A stretch of 60,052 nt of DNA, the filler included. It is 7 parts of 7 records of this genome, joined end to end, with 100 filler letters (N's around TTAATTAATTAA, not from the genome) between each part and the next. Parts side by side here need not be neighbours in the genome. Positions count along the whole stretch, not along the records: positions 46,321 to 51,689 come from SRR31147125_22999; positions 51,790 to 60,052 come from SRR31147125_23042; 5 more parts are not named here. One strand, written 5' to 3'. The translations under genes were made by a program, and so were the position numbers. Of this stretch, positions 48,152-58,685 are shown one piece after another (within the stretch, counting starts at the first letter, position 1; every line of letters begins with the position of its first letter). The notes beneath the pieces were generated by a model. That model had not been told where the DNA came from and made no database searches. It saw only the letters and a list, made by a program, of their open reading frames with translations.

Positions 48152-49530
48152 GTAAAGTGCTGGATAAAGAAACGCAAAAGCAATTCATATTAAACGGCAG
48201 CCTATGGAAAATCATGTTTAGCTTATCATGGCCGGCGGTAATAGCCATGGTGCTTTACGGTTTCAATGCCGTTCTCGATGCTATATTTGTCGGCCGGTTC
48301 GTTGGTGAGACGGCTTTGGCGGGCGTATCCGTTGCGTATCCGCTCTCACAAATCAACTTAGGTTTTGGGTCCCTCATTGGCGTCGGCGCAGGCTCAGTAC
48401 TTAGCATCGCTTTAGGCTCGCAGGATAAAAGAACGCAGGAACGAATGCTGGGGAACGTTAATTCCCTTTCGGTTATTATTTCAATCATTTACATGGTATT
48501 GGGACTTCTTTTCTCCACGCAGCTCATCGGCGTGATGGGCGGCACAGGAGAAGCGCTGGCATTCGGGAACCGATATTTTCGAGTGACTGTTTTCGGCGCT
48601 TTTTTCTGGGTGTACGGTCTGTCGGGCAACATGATTATCCGTGCCGAGGGCCGGATGAAGACAGCGGCGGTAATGATGGGAACGGGCCTTATCGTCAACG
48701 CGATTGCGAATTATGTGCTGATCGTGCTTCTTGATTTGGGCGTGGAAGGGGCCGCGTGGGGTACAAATATCGCCATGCTGGTCTATACCCTGTTGGGATG
48801 GTTCTATTTTGGAAGGGGGCGCGCTTCCTTTAAGTCCAAATTGCTTACCTTCCATGTAGATAAAGAGATTACAAGTTCCATTTTACGACTGGGCGCGTCT
48901 TCTATGCTGATGACGGTGATGACGCTGGTGCAGGCCATTGTGGTCTTTAACGCCCTCTCCCGATATGGCACCGTATCGGATATAGCCTTTTATGGCGTCG
49001 TTTACCGCGTGTTTCAGTTCCTGCTCACACCCATTTTTGGCCTGATGCGAGCGCTCCAGCCGGTGTTGGGCATCAACTACGGTGCTAAGCAGTACGAGCG
49101 CGTTATCCGCTCTTATAAAATCTTCGCGGTGACGGCTATGCTGCTGACCTTGCCCTTCTGGCTGCTCTCGCTGGCTGCCCCCGGTTCAGTACTGGGGCTG
49201 ATGCTCAAAGATCAGGTGTTTACGGGTGCACAGTTTACCTACTTCCGGATTTACATGGCAATTCTGCCGGTTTTGTCTTTTATTTTCATGGGAATGACAT
49301 TATTCCCCTCCATCGATAAGGGAAAGCCCGCGGCTATAATCGGCATTGCCCGCCAGCTTGTGTTCTATGTCCCCGTGATGCTGATGCTGCCTCGTTTTAT
49401 CGGTGTGTCCGGTATTTACTTTGGATCGTTCGCCATTGATGCGATCATCACACTTTGGACCGTACTCATGGTCAGAAAGGAATTTTCACAGCTCAGGAAG
49501 AAAGCTGTACAGGGGGAGCTCACGCATTAG
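48148..49530 (+). CDS. MATE family efflux transporter
   Basis: DAIFVGRFVG, RAEG, GVEGAAWGT, NYGAK. Confidence 0.9.
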   Translation: MSKVLDKETQKQFILNGSLWKIMFSLSWPAVIAMVLYGFNAVLDAIFVGRFVGETALAGVSVAYPLSQINLGFGSLIGVGAGSVLSIALGSQDKRTQERMLGNVNSLSVIISIIYMVLGLLFSTQLIGVMGGTGEALAFGNRYFRVTVFGAFFWVYGLSGNMIIRAEGRMKTAAVMMGTGLIVNAIANYVLIVLLDLGVEGAAWGTNIAMLVYTLLGWFYFGRGRASFKSKLLTFHVDKEITSSILRLGASSMLMTVMTLVQAIVVFNALSRYGTVSDIAFYGVVYRVFQFLLTPIFGLMRALQPVLGINYGAKQYERVIRSYKIFAVTAMLLTLPFWLLSLAAPGSVLGLMLKDQVFTGAQFTYFRIYMAILPVLSFIFMGMTLFPSIDKGKPAAIIGIARQLVFYVPVMLMLPRFIGVSGIYFGSFAIDAIITLWTVLMVRKEFSQLRKKAVQGELTH

Positions 49531-49589
49531 CACGCGTGAGCTTTCCAAGCTCAGTCAGTTGGCTCCAGCTCCTTTTAGGGAGGAATTAA

Positions 49590-49964
49590 ATGGGCACATT
49601 AACCTCTTCGCAAGAACACTACATCAAAACAATACATAATTTATCACCCGGCAATCAAGGTGTACATATAACAGAAATTGCAGATAAACTTGGCGTGACA
49701 AAAGCAAGCGTCTGCACAGCGATGAAGACTTTGCAAAATGACGACATTGTTTACCGGGGCAAAAAAAGATTGGTTTTCTTGACCGGGAAAGGGAAATATC
49801 AAGCACTTGGGCTCACAGAAAAGTATGATATTATTAAATGCTTTTTGTTAGAAGTTTTAAAGGTTGACAAAGATACTGCATCTCAGGATGCGTGTGCTAT
49901 GGAGCATATTTTAAGTTCCGAAACCTTGCATACAATGACTTCAATGATCGAACATTTCTTATAG
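49590..49964 (+). CDS. DtxR/MntR-family metal-dependent regulator
   Basis: SQEHYIKTI, IADKLGVTKASV, DACAMEH. Confidence 0.88.
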   Translation: MGTLTSSQEHYIKTIHNLSPGNQGVHITEIADKLGVTKASVCTAMKTLQNDDIVYRGKKRLVFLTGKGKYQALGLTEKYDIIKCFLLEVLKVDKDTASQDACAMEHILSSETLHTMTSMIEHFL

Positions 49965-50536
49965 GCATACAGCAAGAAGTACTACATGAATTTGACACCA
50001 CTAAGTTCGCATACCGCATAAAAAAGTTCAGGGAATTCCATAAAAAATGGATTTTCCTGAACTTGATGGAGACGAAGAGGATCGAATTATTGAACGGCCG
50101 TCTTTTGCGCTCTCGCCCTGTCCAGAATGGTGTAAACACAGGCGTTTCCGGGTATTGTGCCACACTCCGCGCCGCCACCAGTTTTCCTTCAAAGGGAAAA
50201 AATAAGGGAACCTCCTACGGTATTCCTCCACGCTCTCGGCAATACTCCTTCTATACATCGGCCAAAGCGAACGCGTCATAGCAAATACGCCCCCCCCACC
50301 AGGCTGCCGTTAATGAACAGTAGGCCCTGATGCACCTTGTAGTCCTCCAGCTTTGTGCGAGCCACAGTGCGCTATCATGAATCCCACATCTGCTTGGCCG
50401 TCCTTTCAGCCACCCATCAACGTATCTTCCCTACTTTTGTGTTGAACCAATAGTAGAGTGATATATGGTTGCCCGATTATCATACTATCCTAGTCGATCG
50501 GTGCGGACACCCGGAGGTACGGACTTGCACGCCACT

Positions 50537-50845
50537 TTATTTTTGGTGATCCCTGGTTTTAGCACTTCTGTGCCCTCTGTGCTGTGATAAAGGCTCTTTA
50601 CATTCGTGCAGAATTTCGCCTGTTTTCACATCAGTAATTACTTCCTCATACATATCATTTTCTCTATCGACAAGTTTGTAACGTGTAACAGGCTCCCCAA
50701 TATCTCCCCGAACTGTCTTTTTATTTGTCCATTCCCAAGGGTGTTTTTTCTTTCCTGTTAAATGCAGCTTTTTTGCATGCATACCTGCTATAGTATTGCC
50801 TACCATTTCTTCGTAAAAAAAGCTTATCTGAGTTGTCAAATTCAC
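50537..50845 (-). pseudogene. Fragment of a conserved hypothetical protein
   Basis: C-terminal YEEVITDVKTGEILHECKEPLSQHRGH; the 5' part overlaps the HNH remnant. Confidence 0.4.
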
Positions 50846-51056
50846 ATTTAAAATTAGCTATTGCAAGTGCATTAAAAGCAACCACAGCGGATCTTTTCGG
50901 TTTCGCCTTTCCCAGCTTATTTGGTTGTGTATACTCTTTCCGCCTTTTTTCTTTCTTCCATGTTGGTACGTCTATAGCTTGATTCTCTTCAACAAGGTTA
51001 TTAATTAAATCAAACTCATTTTCATCATATTCTGTTTGCAGCAAACTTATTCGCAA
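50790..51056 (-). pseudogene. Truncated McrA-like HNH endonuclease remnant
   Basis: RSAVVAFNALAIANFKCEFDNS..FLRRNGRQY resembles the segment preceding the HNH motif; the catalytic His residues are absent. Confidence 0.5.
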
Positions 51057-51103
51057 TTGCCCAGCTATTCAAATCACTTTCAATATACCGTTTTAATAAG
51101 GAC

Positions 51104-51502
51104 GTGTTGATTACCGAAATACTTGCAGATACTAAATACGCTTATCAGATTAGGTATGATTACCTACGTTATTTATTAGAAAAATATAAACAAAAACCAC
51201 TATCAGTTAAAATTTTAGAAGTATTAGAGGAAATTTTCAACTTATTAGGAGTTATAGGGATTGTTTTCTTTTCTGTTTTTTCAAATTTATTAACATATGT
51301 TAACATAACGTTTTTAACAATACTGTCATTTGGTTTTATTTTTATAAGCATGTGGGTGAATTATATCGCGGAGAGGGATAGAAATAGTGCTGAAATCTTT
51401 GATATTATGAATTTAATGGATGCAACGCACGATGATACTATAGATACAGACAATGAATATATTAATCTTCTTAAGAAGGAAAGTGAAAATTCAATTGAAT
51501 AA
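51104..51502 (+). CDS. AT-rich hypothetical two-TM protein (start uncertain)
   Basis: 132-aa ORF with two hydrophobic segments. Confidence 0.5.
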   Translation: MLITEILADTKYAYQIRYDYLRYLLEKYKQKPLSVKILEVLEEIFNLLGVIGIVFFSVFSNLLTYVNITFLTILSFGFIFISMWVNYIAERDRNSAEIFDIMNLMDATHDDTIDTDNEYINLLKKESENSIE

Positions 51503-51524
51503 CGATATCGCACTCTGTTCAATC

Positions 51525-51545
51525 TGACCTGTATTTTGACCTGTA
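51525..51545. repeat. Tandem arm-type sites near the tRNA att site
   Basis: TGACCTGTA at 51525 and 51537. Confidence 0.5.
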
Positions 51546-51614
51546 CGTTTCAAAAAAAGTGCCCTTCTTGTCCCCATTTCGGCCCCCAACCCGTCCTGGT
51601 CGCAAAATATCAAC

Positions 51615-51652
51615 AGCCCCAAAACCCTTGTAATATCAACGGTTTCGGGGCT
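51615..51652 (-). terminator. Hairpin downstream of the tRNA 3' end
   Basis: AGCCCCAAAACC...GGTTTCGGGGCT inverted repeat. Confidence 0.6.
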
Positions 51653-51660
51653 ATTTCTTA

Positions 51661-51689
51661 TGGAGCAGGATACGGGAATCGAACCCGCG
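51661..51689 (-). tRNA. 3' end of a tRNA, probably tRNA-Gly (gene or att duplicate), truncated by the contig end
   Basis: Minus strand CGCGGGTTCGATTCCCGTATCCTGC-T-CCA: T-arm, acceptor strand, U discriminator, CCA; anticodon not visible. Confidence 0.75.
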
Positions 51690-51789
51690 NNNNNNNNNNN
51701 NNNNNNNNNNNNNNNNNNNNNNNNNNNNNNNNNTTAATTAATTAANNNNNNNNNNNNNNNNNNNNNNNNNNNNNNNNNNNNNNNNNNNN
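51690..51789. other. Artificial contig linker
   Basis: N-run + TTAATTAATTAA + N-run. Confidence 0.99.
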
Positions 51790-52521
51790 CCCCACACCGA
51801 TAACCGGAATTTTCACACGCTGTGCCACCTGCCACACCATTCTCAGCGCCACAGGTTTAATTGCCGGACCTGAAAGCCCTCCGGTGACGTTGGCCAATAA
51901 AGGGGTAAACGTCTCACTATCGATGGCAATTCCTGTTAAGGTGTTAATAAGGGAAACCGCATCAGCGCCGGCATCTTCAACGGCTTCAGCAATTTCAACA
52001 ATATCCGTGACATTGGGGGAGAGCTTGACGATGACATGTTTTGATGTACAACGACGCACCCGGCTCACCACATCAAACGCGGCGTTCGGGTCCACACCAA
52101 AAGCGGCTCCCCCTGCAGAGACATTGGGGCATGAGATATTCACTTCGACTCCGGAAATCCCTTTGAGTCCATTGATTGCGGCGGCGACTTCCCCATACCC
52201 ATCCACATGTTTTGCATAAATATTGACAAAAACCGGAGCGGTCAATGTTTGTAAAAACGGCAGCTTATCACGGACAAAGGCGTCAAACCCCACATTTTCC
52301 AATCCCACGGCATTGAGAAGCCCGCAAGAAGTTTCCACAACTCTGGGCATGGGATTCCCTATGGAGGGTTCCATGGAAAGCCCCTTTACGATAATTCCGC
52401 CCAATGCACTAAGATTGATGAGCGTTTTATATTCTGCAGCATATCCAAAAGTACCGGATGCCGTCATGACGGGGTTGGAAAGTGTTACGCCGCCGATATC
52501 AACTGTTAGATCCATTATCAA
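51790..52521 (-). CDS. pyrD: Dihydroorotate dehydrogenase class 1B catalytic subunit, 3'-truncated
   Basis: NPVMTASGTFGY, NISCPNV, KLSPNVTDI, INT, GGLSGPAIKP. Confidence 0.93.
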
Positions 52522-52594
52522 TACCTTAACTTAGCTTAACTGTGTTCAAAAAAACTGCGTCCAACGCCCTCCAATGTGGATTTCACATCCCACA

Positions 52595-53170
52595 TCAAAA
52601 AATGGAAAAGAGGTTTTGAATTACTGTTTTTATTTTATATTTAAACTTCATTTTTTGCCACTGATCCGGAAAAGCAAGAGGGGCGAAACGCACTTCAATG
52701 GAGACGGAATAGAGTCCGCTTTGTGACTCATAGTGATTGTTAAGTCGTTTGTATGGAAGATAGATGGCCCCTTCATAACTCACTACCGTTTCACCATGCG
52801 CCAAGCCGTTAACGGTGGTTGACTGACTTTTGACGGATTCAAGTCCGTGGGATTCTAATAACAGCTTAATGGCATTGTGCTCCGCCCTGGTTCTGAGGAG
52901 TAACCCATCTTCTTCTGCGGCGGCATCATCTGCACTCCCGGAAATGACATGGGAGGAAAAATCAACCATTCGAAACTCATCTTCCGCCGGAACCATCAAG
53001 AGATTTGACCGTTCTATTCGATTATCTTTAGATCGGATATCGAACCGAACATAATAGATATCACCATGAGAGACATCACAAATTGCACTATTTCCCAACA
53101 AAACACTAATGAATAACAGAGCAACCCAGCGAAAAGATCCAATAGCTGGTATTTTTATTGCAGAATTCAT
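52595..53170 (-). CDS. Hypothetical exported protein (start uncertain)
   Basis: ORF with an N-terminal hydrophobic segment, divergent from the LPP20 gene. Confidence 0.6.
   Translation of the reverse strand: MNSAIKIPAIGSFRWVALLFISVLLGNSAICDVSHGDIYYVRFDIRSKDNRIERSNLLMVPAEDEFRMVDFSSHVISGSADDAAAEEDGLLLRTRAEHNAIKLLLESHGLESVKSQSTTVNGLAHGETVVSYEGAIYLPYKRLNNHYESQSGLYSVSIEVRFAPLAFPDQWQKMKFKYKIKTVIQNLFSIF
53147..53162 (+). promoter_or_regulatory. Possible sigma54 promoter for the LPP20-OmpA cluster
   Basis: TGGTATTTTTATTGCA = GG-N10-GC, about 130 bp upstream of 53290; it overlaps the 5' end of the divergent ORF. Confidence 0.4.
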
Positions 53171-53289
53171 TTTCGTATCTCTAATATCAGCATTGGTATC
53201 GGTCATCAGGCAATTCCAGCCCATTCGAATGTGTTGGAAACGACGAGATAGTCATACCATTCCAATTAACAAAAAGCGAGGATGAAAAG

Positions 53290-53928
53290 ATGAAAACAAA
53301 GTGGAAAAACAGTTTCGTGTCACATGCAATGATCTTGCTGCTTTTGATGATGGTCTCAACAGTCGGGTGCGTTTATTCGTATAAACCCGTTGTTCCGACG
53401 GTTAGTAATGTCAGTGCCACCGGAGGACCTATTGATATGGCCGGAGATATATACAGCTCCCAAGAAAGGATCGTGACATTCTCTGTGACAGGAAAAGGGC
53501 TCATGCCTGAAACGGCCATCAATAGCAGCCAAGGCAGGTTGCTGGGAGAACGAGCCGCCATCAACGATGGATATAGACAGTTGGTTGAGAAAATCAGAGG
53601 TGTTTATATTGACGCGTTTTCTCAAACAACGAACGGAATTGTTGACTATGATGTCATTCGAACCAAAACGCAATCGTGGCTCCGAGGCGTTGAAGTTTTA
53701 TCTATTAAAGAGCTTGGTTACGGGATTTTCGGTGCAGACATGCAACTTCGAATATATTTCACCCAAAACGATATGATTTGGTGGCCGGCCGGACTTGGAA
53801 GCAACGTTGTTCCTGCCCCTACGGCAAAATCATATTATGCAAAACCTTGGCTAAGTAGATATTTTCGCTGTGAAACTTATCCGTGGTGCGGCGATATCTT
53901 TTATTATAATGGTGGTCAAGAAAGATAA
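53290..53928 (+). CDS. LPP20/FlgP-like lipoprotein
   Basis: TVGC lipobox; GERAAINDGYRQLVEKIRGVYID motif. Confidence 0.7.
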   Translation: MKTKWKNSFVSHAMILLLLMMVSTVGCVYSYKPVVPTVSNVSATGGPIDMAGDIYSSQERIVTFSVTGKGLMPETAINSSQGRLLGERAAINDGYRQLVEKIRGVYIDAFSQTTNGIVDYDVIRTKTQSWLRGVEVLSIKELGYGIFGADMQLRIYFTQNDMIWWPAGLGSNVVPAPTAKSYYAKPWLSRYFRCETYPWCGDIFYYNGGQER

Positions 53929-53947
53929 GCAAAGATGAGGAACACCC

Positions 53948-54919
53948 ATGAAGATTTTTCACTTTCTCAATCCCAGGACATTATTGTCGTTATTACTGAT
54001 GTTTCTTGTATTCGTCGGCTTAACACCCGCGAGCCTTGCAGAGAACAGCTCATCAGACGCTCTGATATCCACGGATATTGCTCAAAGAGAGCAGTTGATC
54101 TACCTTGCCAGGCAATTTAGAGAACGAATAGCAGCCAATGAACATGATATTAAAATATTGATCAATGAAAAAGAGTGGTTGGAAGCCCGAATCTTGAAAA
54201 TGCAAGATATGGGGCGGGCGGTTCCCTGGCATATGCATCAATCCGTTGGTTTAAAAAATAAAAAAATTGAGGCAACACTCAACGAAAACGAACGATTAAG
54301 GTCTCTACTGCGTCAAGACAAATATATGCACCTGAACATCCGGGAACTTGATGAGCGAGCCAATGATCTATTTGCCCCGGAACCCTCATCCAACAGATCC
54401 CATGGGCAAGATCCCGTCACATCAGGATATACCTATAACAGCGCCGCCTCTCTTTCAATTAACAAGAAAGCCTTTCAGCGAGACCTCCAAAAGAAAATCA
54501 AGCAGGCAGACCTGGCGGAATGGGTCCGGTTTACCTCCGAGCCATCCTGCTGTGCCATTGAAAATGTACTGCCGATTCTTTTTGCATCGGGAAGTGCAAC
54601 CATTCCAAAAGAGTACAAGGATTTTCTTAAGCGCCTGGCAGCTCTTGTAAAGCCGTATGATGTCCGGATTCGGATCAACGGCTTTGCCGACACCGACAAC
54701 ATTCGCACCAAAAAATACCCCTCCAATTTCGAACTTGGCGCCACACGAGCGGCCAATATCGTCCATGAATTGGTAAAAAACGGGGTGAACCCGTCGGTCT
54801 TTCAAATCGGTAGCACAGGAAAGTACAGACATAATGCCAAAAGAATGTCCGACAAAAAACTTCTTGAAAGGCGAGCTGATTTAAAAATCATCTTTATTTC
54901 AAAGGTGAACATGGGGTAA
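53948..54919 (+). CDS. Exported coiled-coil protein with an OmpA/MotB-like peptidoglycan-binding domain
   Basis: LFASGSA, GFAD, YPSNFELGATRA, RRAD. Confidence 0.82.
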   Translation: MKIFHFLNPRTLLSLLLMFLVFVGLTPASLAENSSSDALISTDIAQREQLIYLARQFRERIAANEHDIKILINEKEWLEARILKMQDMGRAVPWHMHQSVGLKNKKIEATLNENERLRSLLRQDKYMHLNIRELDERANDLFAPEPSSNRSHGQDPVTSGYTYNSAASLSINKKAFQRDLQKKIKQADLAEWVRFTSEPSCCAIENVLPILFASGSATIPKEYKDFLKRLAALVKPYDVRIRINGFADTDNIRTKKYPSNFELGATRAANIVHELVKNGVNPSVFQIGSTGKYRHNAKRMSDKKLLERRADLKIIFISKVNMG

Positions 54920-54983
54920 ATTCAGTGTCTTTCCCAAATATCTGCTTGCGACGGAAAAGACGATCTGCTATGGTCATTTTACT

Positions 54984-55722
54984 ATGAAAAAACACATCAA
55001 ATCCCCCAGCCGTCGGCCCTTTTTTTAAAGCCGGTACTCATTTCCCTGGCTTTATCAATGGCATGTCTATTGCTCTTTTCCGGCTGCGGTTCCACGCCGG
55101 AACCGGATCCCCTGGCAGAGATAAAAAAAGACTTGCCAATGAAAAAAACTTCTCCATCGTTCTTGAGGATATGCGGGAAGAGGGAACTTTTGTGAAAAAT
55201 CGATTTCACAAATACCTTGTCGTCCTTCCCGAAGACTCCTGGAAGACGGATTGGATTCCGGTATCGGAAGCGTATTACAACAAATGCCTCAATTTAATGG
55301 GAATGACCCTTCTGACCAAAAAAGACGGAGCATATGATGATGTCGCCGCTCCCCCGGGCTATGCGTATGTGGGAGATCCCAAGTACGGCCAATGGCGAGA
55401 GAGCGACAATGGAGACTCATTCTGGGAGTTCTACGGAAAGTACGCTTTCTTTTCAAGCTTGTTTGGGGGATGGTATCACCCCATCTACCGAACGGATTTC
55501 GACGGATATCATCGACATAAAAAATCCAGGAAGGTCTACTTTGGAAGTAAAAATCAATATGGCTCATCCGGGACCATCGTAAGACAGAAAAAGCCGAATT
55601 TTTACGCATCACGCATGGCCTCTGTCAATAAGCAAAAAAGCGCTTTTGCCAACAAAGTGGACGGCAAAATAGGAAGAACCAAAACCAGCATGAGAAGTCG
55701 CTCAGGAGGCAAGGGAAAATGA
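54984..55722 (+). CDS. Tyr/Gly-rich lipoprotein (two homopolymer frameshifts near 55022 and 55125)
   Basis: Restored N-terminus MKKHIKS..LLFSGC; PPGYAYVG..YGQW..SFWEFYGKY; C-terminal RSRSGGKGK. Confidence 0.7.
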
Positions 55723-56587
55723 CATTGGACAATCTGATTGTGGGTGTGATCTACATGGCAGTATTTTTCCTTCTCTTTTATTTGGGCAAGCTCAGTTACC
55801 ACGTTCTCCATAGAGACTACAACCTCAATGTGGAGCTGGTGGAGAAGGATAACCCGTCGGTTGCTTTGGCTGTTACCGGATATTATGCCGGTTTACTTCT
55901 CTCCATTGGCGCTTGCATTGTGGGGCCGTCCCACGGTCTGATGAATGATCTGACCGCTTTGTTCCTCTACGGCATCGTCAGTATCTTTTTACTGAACCTC
56001 TCTACATTTTTATGCGACTGGGTCATCCTCTACAAGTTCAACGTAAAGGATGAGCTGATCCGGGACAGAAATCAAGGCACCGGAGCCGTGGTCTTCGGCA
56101 CCTCCCTTGCGTCTGGTTTTGTGATTTACGGCGCGGTTTCCGGTGAAGGGGAAGCCCTTGGACCGCCATTTTCTTCTGGATCATGGGGCAGATTCTTCTC
56201 ATCTTCGCCACATTTATCTACAACCGCATCATCGCATTCAATATCCACGATGAAATCGAAAAAGATAACGTCGCTGCCGGCATTGCCTTTAGCGGCGCAT
56301 TGATCGCCATGGGAATCATTGTCGGACTTTCGGCTGAAGGGGATTTCACCTCATGGGGTGAGAATTTTGCCACATTCTGGAAGTACGCCATCTTAGGGCT
56401 TGTGATGCTGCCGCTGATTCGAACCCTTACAGATCGTCTTCTGATGCCCGGTGTGAGTCTTTCCGATGAGATCATCGGCCTTAAACCGGATCAATCGGCT
56501 GAAGATCGCGGACCAAATACCGGGGCCGCCTATATTGAAGCCTTTTCTTACATTGCCGGTGCGTTCATCATTTTCTGGTGCATCTAA
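55719..56587 (+). CDS. DUF350-family membrane protein (frameshift at the G-run near 56150)
   Basis: Repeated E..DN.A.A units (ELVEKDNPSVA, ELIRDRNQGTG, EIEKDNVAAG); one added G joins the two ORFs. Confidence 0.8.
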
Positions 56588-56677
56588 AACCGAAAATATC
56601 ATCCAGTCAATCCTTGCCCGACTTCCATGGCAGTCGGTGACAGAGAAAGAGCCACAGAAAAGTGGTATTGTTCAATA

Positions 56678-58446
56678 ATGCTTCGTAAGATCAATAAAAG
56701 CAGAACCCTTCAGCTTTCCCTGTTCGCCACCGGCTGCTCCGGAATTGTGGCTGAGTTTGTTCTTTCCACCCTTGCGACCTACCTCATGGGCAACGCCACG
56801 TTTCAGTGGACCATGATCATGTCCATCATGCTCTTTGCCATGGGGGTGGGAAGCCGGACCAGTCGCCATTTTGATTCCCACCTTCTGGATACCTTCATTC
56901 TCTCGGAGTTTTTGCTATCCGCGCTTTGTGCCCTCTCTTCGGTTTTAGCCTTCGGGCTTTCCACCCAGATCGAATCCAGAGAGATTGTCATCTATCCGTT
57001 GGCTTTTTCCATCGGATTCCTCATCGGGCTTGAGATTCCTTTAGTGGCACGCCTCAACAGTATCTATCAGGAACTTCGCACCAATATCTCTTCAGTGCTT
57101 GAAATGGATTACTTCGGGTCTCTTCTGGGGGGCGTTCTGTTTGCGTTTGTATTCCTTCCTTTCCTTGGATTTATCTACACCCCGATCCTTCTCGGCAGCA
57201 TCAACTTTATTGTGGCATCCTGGCTGATGTGGCGTTTTCTCAAGCTCACTCATCGAAAGAAAAGGCTTATCAGTGCCTTCGGTCTCTGTTTGGCCATACT
57301 GGTTTCGGCAACGATTTTTGCCAAGCCCATGATTCTTTTCAGCGAGCAAAAGAAGTACAAAGATACCATCATCTATGCCAAGCAAACCCGTTACCAGAAA
57401 ATTGTCATGACCCAATGGAAATCCCACTACTGGCTTTACATCAATGGGCAGGAACAGTTCTCCACCTATGATGAGGAACGCTATCACGAGCCTTTGGTCC
57501 ATCCGGCCATGCAATTGGCAGGCGCAAGAGAACATATTCTCATTCTGGGCGGTGGAGACGGACTTGCTGCGCGGGAAGTGCTCAAATATCCGGATGTCCG
57601 ATCCATCACCCTTGTGGATCTGGATCCGGTCATGACGGATCTTGCCAACCATCATCCGGTGTTGACGAAAATCAATCACAATTCCATGTCCCATGAAAAA
57701 ATGAGTGTCAAAAATATGGATGGTGCCATGTTTTTGACTCAAACGGATCGATTGTTTGACGTGATCATTATCGATCTGCCCGATCCCGACTCCATGGATA
57801 TCATGCACCTTTACTCTCTTTCATTTTACAGAGAGCTTCAACGCCACTTAACCGAACAAGGGGTGTTGGTCACCCAGGCAACCAGCCCTTACTTTTCAAA
57901 AAAAGCATTTTTATGCATCCATAAAACCATGCAGACGGCCGGTTGGGTGACCCTTCCCATGCATAATCAGGTACCGACACTTGGCGAATGGGGATGGATT
58001 CTTGCGATAAAACCGACAAAACGTTCACGTGCCGATTTTTCTACCATTGATGACGCCATTACGGAAAAAAGTATTTTGAAAGATTCCGTTTCATGGGCTT
58101 CAGAAACGGTAGAAGCTCCGATTCCAACTAAATCCTCCCCAAAATCCGAATTTGAACGTTTAAAACGAAAAATTCAGTCTTTGGATTTTAATGGCATTCA
58201 CACCCGATTTATCAATCGAGACGCTGTCATTTCCATGACTCATTTTGGGAAAGGGCTTTTTCAGGAGGGAAGGAACAATTGTGAAAAAAAGACTCCGTCG
58301 ATAAAAAGGGGAATCTAAACAAAAAAAATAATGGGGGAGATGACACAATTGAGAATCCGCTGGATACAAGCGAAATCAAAGTGAATAAGCAGGAAAATCC
58401 AGTTCTTTTTAAATATTATCATCACGGTGAGTGGGAAATATACTAG
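56678..58446 (+). CDS. speE: Membrane-anchored polyamine aminopropyltransferase (spermidine synthase family); C-terminus frameshifted
   Basis: N-terminal TM domain; YHEPLVHP, LGGGDG, DLPDP; the true end ..VNKQENPVLFKYYHHGEWEIY* lies in a shifted frame. Confidence 0.85.
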
Positions 58447-58518
58447 CACCCTAAGGCGGAAATTTGCATACGCTTTGGGCTTATTGAAATCAAATCATTC
58501 GCCCTGTAAAAAGAAGTG

Positions 58519-58635
58519 GCTGATTGAGGCCAAGCTGTACTAGACCGGCACTTCAGGCCACCCGTCCAACGTAGGTGTTCAGAGCGGTCTTTTTGAGATT
58601 AACACGACATCTTGACTCACATCGACCGTCTTCGA
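58519..58635 (+). ncRNA. Structured non-coding segment resembling an IS110-family non-coding end
   Basis: Stem AGACCG/CGGTCT enclosing an internal loop and a CACC/GGTG hairpin; the family resemblance is from recollection only. Confidence 0.3.
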
Positions 58636-58685
58636 ACTTATCTTCATGAAACAATAGACAACCAGACTGTTTAAACTTAGGTGAA

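Noticed and set aside
14800-51789. Six recurring TTAATTAATTAA motifs within N-runs
   Set aside because: Artificial all-frame-stop contig linkers, not biological repeats; ORFs reading into them (24645.., 51536.., 51742..) have artefactual ends.
23947-57808. Long antisense or overlapping ORFs (e.g. 23947..24552, 30732..31463, 34132..34590, 57092..57808)
   Set aside because: They are shadows of well-supported genes on the opposite strand and carry no recognisable motifs.
58490-58680. 6S RNA or riboswitch
   Set aside because: I could not find the long closing stem and central bubble of 6S RNA or any riboswitch consensus I recognise.
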